Shown here: positions 1 to 8,174 of the stretch, piece after piece
Numbering within the stretch: position 1 is the stretch's first letter
How the letters are laid out: each line of letters opens with the position of its first letter
Assembly (NCBI GenBank): GCA_020348445.1
Contig: CP070751.1
Span: 3,755,189-3,819,188, forward strand
DNA length: 64,000 nt
Direction of reading: 5' to 3'
Source of the DNA: Thermoplasmata archaeon
GTDB lineage: Archaea; Thermoplasmatota; Thermoplasmata; GCA-020350865
Notes under the pieces: model-generated
Database searches by the model: none
Seen by the model: only the letters and a program-made list of their open reading frames with translations
Told to the model about the DNA's origin: nothing
Program-made: the position numbers and the translations under genes

Positions 1-502
1 ACTGTATAAGACCGGGGGGCATGGATGAGATAAACTCTCGACCTCCAATTCTGATTCAGGTGAATTACTCATTACATTCTCGTTTCCAAAGGAAAAAAAA
101 ACAAAAGATAGCCCCAATATCAATGAAATTATGCCATGAATTTTTGCCAACATTATCAACCTCCCGGATTTTTATGATTTAATTAATATATCTTTGTAAT
201 ACGATTTTTAAATTATCCTTTTTAGATATAAATATATTGGCACAATCATCAAAATGTCAGCGATTATAATCTATTATAGCCTAGAGAATCCCCTCCTTAA
301 GAAAAAGCTTGCAGAAGAAAGGGGCCCCTTCACTATATTGATGATGGATTCAGGGAGGAACAATCCGAAACTTCGGAGTAGCAAAACCTTTATCTTCGCA
401 TGACAATGATGGTTTTGGGGCTTGGGCTTAGAAATGGCATATCGCGGATTACAAATGACATTTCCAAGGCATTTCCGTTAAACAACAAAATGAGGGGATT
501 AA

Positions 503-1711
503 ATGAAACACAATATCTTTAAGATAATGATGATCAACCTGTTAGTAATTACATTTGTTATTAACAGTGGTTGCATATCAGAAGATGATGACAAAGATGA
601 GGGTAGTGTTCCAGATAATAGCGAAGAAGCGCTTTTCCCTGAAGTCGTTCCCGCAACAGATGGTCCTCTTGCCGTAAATGAAATCGATACTTGGGCCTAT
701 GTGATCCAGGATGTAGAGGGAAACGCAGATCTTTTGGAGCGGTCCCGCTATGGGATGCTTGTAATAGAACCCACCCGGACAGATTTTTCAGATGAATCTT
801 CTCGTTCATATAAAACAAAGGATTTGGTAACCCGGCTCAAAGCCTCAGCCGGTAATAATGAGGTCAACCGTAAGCTTGTCATTGCCTATATCGACATAGG
901 TCAGGCTGAAGATTGGCGGTGGTATTGGGAGTGGTCTGTAGATAGCGACTGGGACCCTTCTGAAACAAGCAAGCAAAGCGACTGGCCTTCGTGGATAATT
1001 ACTCACGACCCTGATTGGATAGGATGTTTTCCTGTGTTATATTGGCATGAAGACTGGAAGAATATTGTCATCAATGGTGATTTTGTTTGGAATGATGATG
1101 TTGTGGAGGTTCCTTCCGGGGATGAATATGGGGGTGAAGGTTACAACAGCATCCTGGATGAGGTTATCATAGACGGGTTTGACGGCATTTATCTGGATTG
1201 GGTGGAAGCCTTCAGTGATGAATCTGTTGTTACAGCTGCGGAAGCAGCGGGTATCGACCCTGTCGAGACCATGTTCGATTTCATAGAAGAAATGAGAGAT
1301 TATGGGCGCACTCGATTTCAGGAGATGGGTAGAGATCCCAACGAGTGGGTATTAATACAACAAAATGCACCAGATCTTGCTGAGAGTAACGATCCAAGGA
1401 AATTTACAGTCATTGATGGCATTGCCCAAGAAGGTGTGTGGTGGGAAGGAACTGGTGATTCGGGTTGGGATGATCCCGAGGGTTATGATGTAAGTACTAA
1501 AGAGATATTGGGTGCCGATTGGTACAATGATGTTCTAAATGTATGGCTTCCGGCATACAAGGATGCGGGAATACCCGTATTTGCCTGTGAATATGCATTG
1601 GAAAACGCAGAAGATGTCTATGAAAACTTGGCACCCGATGCTGGTTTCATCCCTTACTGCACAAGACGGTCACTTTCAAAATTAACAACTACTCCACCAA
1701 GTTTTGAATAG
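503..1711 (+). CDS. Secreted lipoprotein-like protein, putative TIM-barrel glycoside hydrolase (GH114/TM1410-like), product uncertain
   Basis: RBS-like GAGGGGAT 8 nt upstream of ATG. The N-terminal hydrophobic segment ends in ..NSGC (lipobox-like). The mature part is acidic and Trp/Asp-rich without repeats. The family assignment is from memory of GH114-like proteins only. Confidence 0.5.
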   Translation: MKHNIFKIMMINLLVITFVINSGCISEDDDKDEGSVPDNSEEALFPEVVPATDGPLAVNEIDTWAYVIQDVEGNADLLERSRYGMLVIEPTRTDFSDESSRSYKTKDLVTRLKASAGNNEVNRKLVIAYIDIGQAEDWRWYWEWSVDSDWDPSETSKQSDWPSWIITHDPDWIGCFPVLYWHEDWKNIVINGDFVWNDDVVEVPSGDEYGGEGYNSILDEVIIDGFDGIYLDWVEAFSDESVVTAAEAAGIDPVETMFDFIEEMRDYGRTRFQEMGRDPNEWVLIQQNAPDLAESNDPRKFTVIDGIAQEGVWWEGTGDSGWDDPEGYDVSTKEILGADWYNDVLNVWLPAYKDAGIPVFACEYALENAEDVYENLAPDAGFIPYCTRRSLSKLTTTPPSFE

Positions 1712-1798
1712 GTTCGAAGTTGAATTTACTTTGAGCAGTTTGTCATTTCCAAGGTGTGCATCCATCTATAAGCAAAAGGAGGGGATTGGCGATATTTT

Positions 1799-3193
1799 TC
1801 ATTTTCCAGGATCAATGACCCTTATCTCATCGCTATATCCCTCAAACGATGTTCCATCTGCTAATTCCCCAGTAACCTTCAAATTGTAAGTCCCGGGTGA
1901 TAACATATCCTCTACTTCGCTTCTGTCGAATTTGACCATAAGCGTATCGCCTTGGATGTCACCCCATTTGGCTGGTAATGTATCCTCGAGTATCACAGTG
2001 CTGATATCTATATCGTTGACATCATAACCATTTGGGAGGCCAATGTAACATGTGATCCATTTGCCCTTTGATTTAAGATTGAGCGTGTCAGGATCGATAT
2101 CAATAAATGAAGTAATGATTGAGGCCCAAGGTCGCATAAGAGGATAATAATCATAATATCTATCGGGGTGAGGAATCAGAGTATCACCTATTCCATCACC
2201 TGCAATTGAATGTTTTCCTGTTCCGCTACCGTCATCTTCACCTGTATAATCTGACCAGTAATTGCCTTCTAAAAGAACAGGATGATACCAATTGTTTCTA
2301 CTTCTCGAAGGATCATCAACTCGGGCATTAAAGAAATTATTATGATATATGGTATTTCCCCTAGAACCATACCCTGTACATATACCCCAATCTCGACCTG
2401 AAATTGTATTATTCATTATTATATTATTATTGGAACGATCCCATAGATTAATATCAATGTCATTTGAGAGGATAATATCGGTGATTAAGTTGTAATTTGA
2501 ATGATAAATCAAAGAAATACCTACAAAATTATCTATTACAGTATTATAGGCAACAGTATTGTTATTACTATAAAAATATATATCGATACCATAGTAATTA
2601 TTGATTACTAGATTATATGTTATAATGTTATTGTTAGAATATTGTAAAATAATTCCACATTTATAATTCCAGGCCGAGTAATTCAAAGAGATGATGTTGT
2701 TTGTAATAATATTATATCTCGAATAGTACGCATAAATACCATAATTGCTGTCTAATAGCATGTTACTATAAATGTTGCATCTATCTGAATTTATTTGAAT
2801 TCCTGCGTCACCAGTTAAAGAGCCACTTTTTTTGATAGTGAAACCAGAGACATTTACCCAATCTGCATTAATATTAATAACATCCCCATTTCCACCACCA
2901 TCAATAACGGTAGTGATATTGTCTTCTCCTTGTAATGTAATAGTTTTATTTATGAATATATTCTCATGGTAATTTCCTGCCCTCACATATACGATGTCGC
3001 CATGATTTGCTGCATCTATTGCCTCTTGAATCGTGAAATAATCATCAGGAACGACGATTAATGTTGCACTAACTATTGGGGTATATATTACAATAAAGAA
3101 GGATACAATCAACAAAGCACATATTACAAAGCTTATTGCTTTTTTTCGCATTCTTACTCCCCCTCCATGAAAAATAAATGTATCTAGAGACAT
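1799..3193 (-). CDS. Membrane-anchored right-handed parallel beta-helix repeat protein (NosD/pectate-lyase fold), likely surface protein
   Basis: N-terminal TM/signal anchor (AISFVICALLIVSFFIVIYTPIVSA). The central region has many N/I/Y/G-rich ~22-aa beta-helix rungs (NNIISLNYSAWNY.., NNIITYNLVINNYYGIDIY..). Confidence 0.7.
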   Translation of the reverse strand: MSLDTFIFHGGGVRMRKKAISFVICALLIVSFFIVIYTPIVSATLIVVPDDYFTIQEAIDAANHGDIVYVRAGNYHENIFINKTITLQGEDNITTVIDGGGNGDVININADWVNVSGFTIKKSGSLTGDAGIQINSDRCNIYSNMLLDSNYGIYAYYSRYNIITNNIISLNYSAWNYKCGIILQYSNNNIITYNLVINNYYGIDIYFYSNNNTVAYNTVIDNFVGISLIYHSNYNLITDIILSNDIDINLWDRSNNNIIMNNTISGRDWGICTGYGSRGNTIYHNNFFNARVDDPSRSRNNWYHPVLLEGNYWSDYTGEDDGSGTGKHSIAGDGIGDTLIPHPDRYYDYYPLMRPWASIITSFIDIDPDTLNLKSKGKWITCYIGLPNGYDVNDIDISTVILEDTLPAKWGDIQGDTLMVKFDRSEVEDMLSPGTYNLKVTGELADGTSFEGYSDEIRVIDPGK

Positions 3194-3400
3194 ATAAAAC
3201 CTTCTTTAAAAGACAATCCGCTCCAGCGTGTCGAGTATGTGTGGGAAGGCCGAAACACACAAACCTCTATAAAGCAAGGAGCAATCCGTGAGCACAGAGT
3301 AGTAAAACCTAAACCCCCGTAGAGTGATAATGGTTTTAGGACTTAAAGCCGAGGAGTGAAAAAAAGATAAGGTCACTGTATCCGATAATAATGGGCTTAA

Positions 3401-4861
3401 TTAAACACCTTTCCCATATAGTTTGATCATAGATGGTTCTTTAACAGATAATAACTTTATTAATGGTCTAAGAAATTGATGTCTTTGATAAAAATAATGC
3501 ACCCCGGTTTTTAGGATGAATCCTTTAATGGATTTTCTTCTATATCTGTCTTTTACGATAAAAGATGTAAGTAAATATTTTCTTAAGTGAAATCGGAATA
3601 TTTTATCTAGTATATCACTTACAAATTCACTATGGTCATACTCTTCGATGTCTATCACAGGATGAACATAATTCCAATTTTGGTAGTCCCAATCTTTTAT
3701 CCATGCCTTGTTTTTCTTATAATATTGTGTCCATGGATAGGGGGTAAAAATATATGGCAATACCAAATCGGGATCCCATTTTTGAACAGTTTTAAATTTC
3801 ATATTTAACGAATTTTTTGTTTCATGTCTATCTCCTACAAGTAAGTTTACGATAGTCATGATATCGTGCTTTTTTAAGTAAGCGATGGCCTGTTTATTTT
3901 CATATACTGTTGTTCCTTTTCTTAATTCGTTTAGAAGATGTTGATCAGTTGCTTCAACTCCCAAATCAACAGTTACAATTCCAGATTTTTTATACAGGGG
4001 TAAATATTCTTTATCTCGAACTACATCAGTTACCCTTAAGTTTAAAGTCATATGTATTTGGAGATTGCGATTCACTACATCTTTTAGCATCTGAAGCCAT
4101 AATTTCTGGTCAAAAGACGGATTTTCATCAGCAAAGAAGAAATGGGTCACACCGAATTTTTTGTTTAATAGTTCCAATTCATCAACAAATAGTTTTGGAT
4201 TCCTTGTCCTGTACTTTTTCCAGAAATTCCATTGACCGCAAAACTCACAAAAAAATGGACATCCTCTTGAAAAACCAACCACAGCCATCTTTTCATTTGT
4301 GACTTTGTTTTTATAAATTTCCCAGTCTTCTATTAGCTCCCAAGCTGCACGCACAGAATCTAGATCTTTTATGGGCTCTCTGTCAGGATTCACTACATAA
4401 CCTTTTTCATTTCTCCAAACCAACCCATTGATTTTCTCCATGGAACGATTTCCATTTATAGCCTTTAACAATTCCTTGATAGTTATCTCACCTTCTCCTC
4501 TTATTATATAATCAACCTCTGGATGTTCCTTCATGATCTGATGAAATGTGAATGTTGGATGTATTCCCCCTAAAACCGTTATGATCTTACTGTTAACTTT
4601 CTTTGCATTTTTTAAGATAGCAAGTGATTTTTTAATGGTGGCAGTAGATGCACTACTGCCAGTGCACACCATATCAGGTCTTCCTTTTTTTAATATCGAA
4701 ATAATATCCCTTATTGAAAGGTTCTTTTTGGAAGCATCGATTAACTTCACATTATGATTATCATCAATCAATGCACCGCCGACATACAAAAGCCCCAAGG
4801 GAGTCATTGTGCCAACAGGAATCTCAGCCCCACCACAATGATAATTAGGATTTATAAGCAA
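3401..4861 (-). CDS. B12-binding domain radical SAM protein (class B radical SAM family)
   Basis: N-terminal cobalamin-binding-like Rossmann region (VGTMTPLGLLYVGGAL..DAS). Canonical radical SAM CxxxCxxC motif (GFSRGCPFFCEFCGQ). 486 aa. Confidence 0.85.
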   Translation of the reverse strand: MLINPNYHCGGAEIPVGTMTPLGLLYVGGALIDDNHNVKLIDASKKNLSIRDIISILKKGRPDMVCTGSSASTATIKKSLAILKNAKKVNSKIITVLGGIHPTFTFHQIMKEHPEVDYIIRGEGEITIKELLKAINGNRSMEKINGLVWRNEKGYVVNPDREPIKDLDSVRAAWELIEDWEIYKNKVTNEKMAVVGFSRGCPFFCEFCGQWNFWKKYRTRNPKLFVDELELLNKKFGVTHFFFADENPSFDQKLWLQMLKDVVNRNLQIHMTLNLRVTDVVRDKEYLPLYKKSGIVTVDLGVEATDQHLLNELRKGTTVYENKQAIAYLKKHDIMTIVNLLVGDRHETKNSLNMKFKTVQKWDPDLVLPYIFTPYPWTQYYKKNKAWIKDWDYQNWNYVHPVIDIEEYDHSEFVSDILDKIFRFHLRKYLLTSFIVKDRYRRKSIKGFILKTGVHYFYQRHQFLRPLIKLLSVKEPSMIKLYGKGV

Positions 4862-5170
4862 GATTCGGATTTATATCACCTTTATTCCTTATAGAAATAA
4901 TATATACTATAATTAAGAATTTCTAAAAGTCTCTTTGAAAGTTCCGAATATAGGGCAGATGGCCTGCGTATAAGGGAGGAATATAGAAAGTGCAGATTCC
5001 GCAGGCCTTCGTGAAGTGAGGACCAGTTCGAGAGGATTGATTGGCAAAAACTTTATCTTCGTAGGGAGATATTGGTACAAGATGCGGGGCTGTTAATGCC
5101 ATTCCATAATATAAGCGAGGTCGTAGGTATGCAAGATAATAAATGAGGAGAATTAATCGTATGTGATGAA

Positions 5171-5563
5171 GTGGATATTAAGGATCTTAGAAGAATGAAT
5201 CTTGTTGGGACAATTTTTTTTGCTCTTTTCGGGAGTATCGGTGTAGCATCTATTTTTAATAGTTATTACAGTATTCAAAGACAATTTCCAAAATATGACT
5301 TTTCTGGAACTTTAAACCTTGCAATAATTTTACTTTGCATAGTAGTAATTTTTACAATTCTTTTATATAGATTTACAGTGATTGGTTTAGATCGAGGGAA
5401 CTATAAAGGTGCCAAATTTTTCACATTGATAGGGATTCTTGTTGGATGGATAGGTTGGATCATTCCTTCAATTGTATTTATAAAATCCTTTCTCTCATTC
5501 GATGAAGCGATCGGACGTATTAAGAAAATTGAAAGCCCCAAAATGTCATTGAGAGATAAATAA
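5171..5563 (+). CDS. Small membrane protein (2-3 TM helices); paralog of ORF 11240..11605
   Basis: The ORF begins with GTG; an in-frame ATG (MNLVGT..) lies at 5195. Hydrophobic helices. The C-terminal block LDRGNYKGAKFFTLIGILVGWIGWIIPSIVFIKSFLSFDEAIGR matches DRGDYEAAKHWTLIGIIVGFAGGILPLIIFIISYISFDDAIR in ORF 11240. Confidence 0.5.
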   Translation: MDIKDLRRMNLVGTIFFALFGSIGVASIFNSYYSIQRQFPKYDFSGTLNLAIILLCIVVIFTILLYRFTVIGLDRGNYKGAKFFTLIGILVGWIGWIIPSIVFIKSFLSFDEAIGRIKKIESPKMSLRDK

Positions 5564-5702
5564 AGAAGATCTTTAAAAATAAAGTTAGGGTAAGACGGAG
5601 GTGGAAGGGCGAAAAAGATAAAATACATTAAAGCGTTGAATAAGAGTATTAAGCCAAGTTCATGGCTTAAAGGCGAAGGTGATTAACAGTTGAGGGATTC
5701 AC

Positions 5703-5933
5703 ATGGGAAATTTGTTACATTTATTCCATCATCATAAACGAAAAAAATACGAAACGGAGAAGATGAAAGAATCGACAAAAGAGCAATATGATAAGGAATT
5801 GAAGAATCAACCGAAAAAATTTGATTATTATTGCCCATCTTGTCTTTTTCAAACAGATACATATTCTAAAATCTGTCCTAAATGTAACAAAGGAAAATTA
5901 CAACAAACAACCGGGAATGTTACTTCAAAATAA
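5703..5933 (+). CDS. Small basic zinc-ribbon protein (hypothetical)
   Basis: CPSC...CPKC Cys4 zinc-ribbon motif; Lys-rich N-terminus; 76 aa. Confidence 0.4.
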   Translation: MGNLLHLFHHHKRKKYETEKMKESTKEQYDKELKNQPKKFDYYCPSCLFQTDTYSKICPKCNKGKLQQTTGNVTSK

Positions 5934-6085
5934 TGTATAATTAATACACTATGTAAAATCGGAATAATGAGGAAATAATGAAAACTGTTAAAGTACTTAA
6001 ATACAATAAAGGTGTGTAGGGAAGGGGTTAAAGCACGAGGCAAAAAGCTTCAAATATATCTGGAACTTAGGAGGAAAATGAAATA

Positions 6086-6367
6086 ATGGCAAGAAAATGC
6101 CCCCACTGTAAAGCCCGACTAGGGACATTAGCCACTTCATGTTGGAAATGTAAATCCCCCGTAGATTATTACAAATCTCAATCAAAAGAAGTTGATCATA
6201 AAGAGATAGAAGAGCCTAGAAATATCGGGAAACTAGTTATTGTTCCATATGTAATGGTCACGATTTTGGCAATTATTTTAGTATTGATTATTGCTGTTGG
6301 GGGGGGAATTATATCTACTTATTCTTCTAGTATATATGGGCATAATAGTATTCGGATCATTATTTAA
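6086..6367 (+). CDS. Small zinc-ribbon membrane protein (hypothetical)
   Basis: CPHC...CWKC zinc ribbon followed by one TM helix (VIVPYVMVTILAIILVLIIAVGGG). GGAGG RBS upstream. Confidence 0.45.
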   Translation: MARKCPHCKARLGTLATSCWKCKSPVDYYKSQSKEVDHKEIEEPRNIGKLVIVPYVMVTILAIILVLIIAVGGGIISTYSSSIYGHNSIRIII

Positions 6368-6731
6368 AAAATCTTGGAAAGCAGAAAAAGTGATGGAATT
6401 GAATAAGATGGACCCTTGGGAAGATTTTCCTTTTTGTGCCCATGGTAACATAATAGAGAACATTTTTACGGCACAGAAACTACCAGAATGGGAAGTAAAA
6501 AAATCGGGGTTAGTCGTAGACACTACCATTTTGATATTCGACTTTATTTTATGGATATTATTGATAATACTAATGCGCTTTCAAGGTCCAGATTTACATT
6601 GGTGGTCACATTTTGGCCCAATAATCGAAATTTTTGCCATATATGTTCTTTATCCAATATTTCTATTTATACTCATATTAATTTATTACAAGGATATCAA
6701 GATCTATAAATCTAAAAAACTTCAGCTGTAG
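6291..6731 (+). CDS. Hypothetical membrane protein (overlaps previous ORF; real start uncertain)
   Basis: Several hydrophobic helices. It overlaps 6086..6367 by ~77 nt in another frame, so one of the two calls may be partly wrong. Confidence 0.35.
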   Translation: MLLGGELYLLILLVYMGIIVFGSLFKKSWKAEKVMELNKMDPWEDFPFCAHGNIIENIFTAQKLPEWEVKKSGLVVDTTILIFDFILWILLIILMRFQGPDLHWWSHFGPIIEIFAIYVLYPIFLFILILIYYKDIKIYKSKKLQL

Positions 6732-6947
6732 TTATAAATATGAATTGCCATAAGGCATACTTTTTTTGCCCTTAGTATTTATATGCTGCACTGACATAAG
6801 CAGTGGGGGCTCCCAGGGCAATCCCACAAAAGGATAATAAGTATCCAATATACCATTTAATTTTAAGCCAAGATTTGAACTTAAGGCGAGGGTTTGCATC
6901 ACATAATTGTATGAAAGGGTGCATTGAACATCCTGAGGCGATAGCTG

Positions 6948-7379
6948 ATGAATAAGAGAATGGAAATAAAAGAGGAAGTTATTAAATTATTGATCGAGCT
7001 CTCAAAGGATTTTTATCCGAGACAATATATTTGTAAATTAGTGAGATCAGATGAAATCATCGATGAAATCTCGATTTTATCGAATCTTAAAAAGAAAATA
7101 CCAGAATTAAAACCTGTTCTACTGAATTTATTGGGTCCCTTTTCGTACAGCCCCTTTCTTGAACAATTTGCAGTAAGCCCCGACATATTATTTGAACAGG
7201 ATTTTGTTGGTTTTGCAATCAGCCATATTGATGACTCATCAACACCCACAGAATATGATAAAAAATTGTTTGCACATTGTGGTGATGTTCACATTATAAT
7301 CGCTCATCCTTTTAATAATTGTTCTTGGGCTGCTTATGATAATAATGGAAATAAAATCAATTTAGAAATAATAAATTGA
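6948..7379 (+). CDS. Hypothetical protein
   Basis: 143-aa ORF with no recognised motifs. A His-rich segment (HCGDVHIIIAHPF) only weakly resembles metal-binding motifs. Confidence 0.45.
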   Translation: MNKRMEIKEEVIKLLIELSKDFYPRQYICKLVRSDEIIDEISILSNLKKKIPELKPVLLNLLGPFSYSPFLEQFAVSPDILFEQDFVGFAISHIDDSSTPTEYDKKLFAHCGDVHIIIAHPFNNCSWAAYDNNGNKINLEIIN

Positions 7380-7476
7380 AATTAAAGTTGTATCCGACCA
7401 AAAGGAGCGGAGCCTAGAGGCTGGGAGTAAAAGAGTAAAACAGTATAGCCGTCATCTTCAATAGCGTCATAGAAAG

Positions 7477-7508
7477 TTTTAAATAGTTAAAATAACTATA
7501 ATAGTTAT
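7477..7508 (+). promoter_or_regulatory. Putative promoter and operator of the toxin-antitoxin operon: TATA-like TTTTAAATA plus three alternating half-sites ATAGTTA-aa-TAACTAT-a-ATAGTTA
   Basis: Two overlapping perfect palindromes lie immediately upstream of ATG 7515. An AT-rich box sits ~30 nt upstream, consistent with a leaderless archaeal transcript. This is the typical autoregulatory operator layout for a type II TA system. Confidence 0.4.
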
Positions 7509-7514
7509 GATAAC

Positions 7515-7742
7515 ATGGCATATAAAACAATTAATGTGACACCAGAAACATATGAAAAGCTGATACTCTATAAACATGCGGGAATGACTTTTGATGAAGT
7601 TATAAACGAAATGATGGATATGATGTCAGAAGAGGAATTCTATAAGCATGTATTAGAGGAACACAAAAAGCGCCTCAAGAAAATAAAAGCGGGAGAATAT
7701 ATAGAATCTGATGATCTTAGTAAGGCTTTAAATGAGGTCTGA
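7515..7742 (+). CDS. Putative antitoxin of a type II RelE/ParE toxin-antitoxin pair
   Basis: 75-aa acidic protein directly upstream of, and 6 nt from, a RelE/ParE-like gene. Assignment is by genomic context. Confidence 0.55.
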   Translation: MAYKTINVTPETYEKLILYKHAGMTFDEVINEMMDMMSEEEFYKHVLEEHKKRLKKIKAGEYIESDDLSKALNEV

Positions 7743-7748
7743 GGTGCT

Positions 7749-8045
7749 TTGTTGCCTAAATATAAAATTATTTATGGTAAGGATTTTTTAAAAGACCTTA
7801 AGAAAATCATAAAAAGTGGTGAGAAAAAGATAAAAGATAAAGTTGAGCAAGTTGTTGAAAAATTATTAATTGATCCACACAAGAAAAGATCTGGGGTCGA
7901 TATAAAACTAATATCGTCAAGAAAAGAAGCGGTGTATCGCGTTCGAATAGGCAAATATCGAATTATATATCAAATTGATGAAAAAGAAAAGAAATTATAC
8001 ATCACCATGATTTTTCTAAAAACAAGTAAGCAAGATTATAGATAA
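7749..8045 (+). CDS. RelE/ParE family toxin (type II TA mRNA interferase)
   Basis: 98 aa, Lys-rich. The C-terminal YRVRIGKYRIIYQIDEKEKKLYITMIFLKTS matches the RelE/ParE core (R..Y R.iY.id....i.i......R...Y). TTG start after a GGTG RBS. Confidence 0.7.
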   Translation: MLPKYKIIYGKDFLKDLKKIIKSGEKKIKDKVEQVVEKLLIDPHKKRSGVDIKLISSRKEAVYRVRIGKYRIIYQIDEKEKKLYITMIFLKTSKQDYR

Positions 8046-8174
8046 TCAATATACTCGGTGGTGTATAATTATGGTAACTATCATAATAGGAAATGGCAGA
8101 TTGGTAAAATATCATTAAAGTTAAATATATTCAGTTACATAGTAGCCATGGTTATTTAAAGGACACTAGGAGGT

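Noticed and set aside
1-502. Possible gene or structured RNA in the first 500 nt
   Set aside because: AT-rich non-coding-looking sequence with no ORF of meaningful length and no recognisable RNA motif. It is probably promoter or intergenic sequence for the 503 gene, and the window edge prevents further judgement.
3910-4302. 130-aa plus-strand ORF inside the radical SAM gene
   Set aside because: It is antisense to a CxxxCxxC radical SAM protein with clear motifs, so it is a spurious shadow ORF.
6948-7379. JAMM/MPN-type metalloprotease motif in the 143-aa ORF (HIIIAHPFNNCSWAAYD)
   Set aside because: The spacing does not fit the canonical E...HxHx7Sx2D, so this is only a superficial resemblance.
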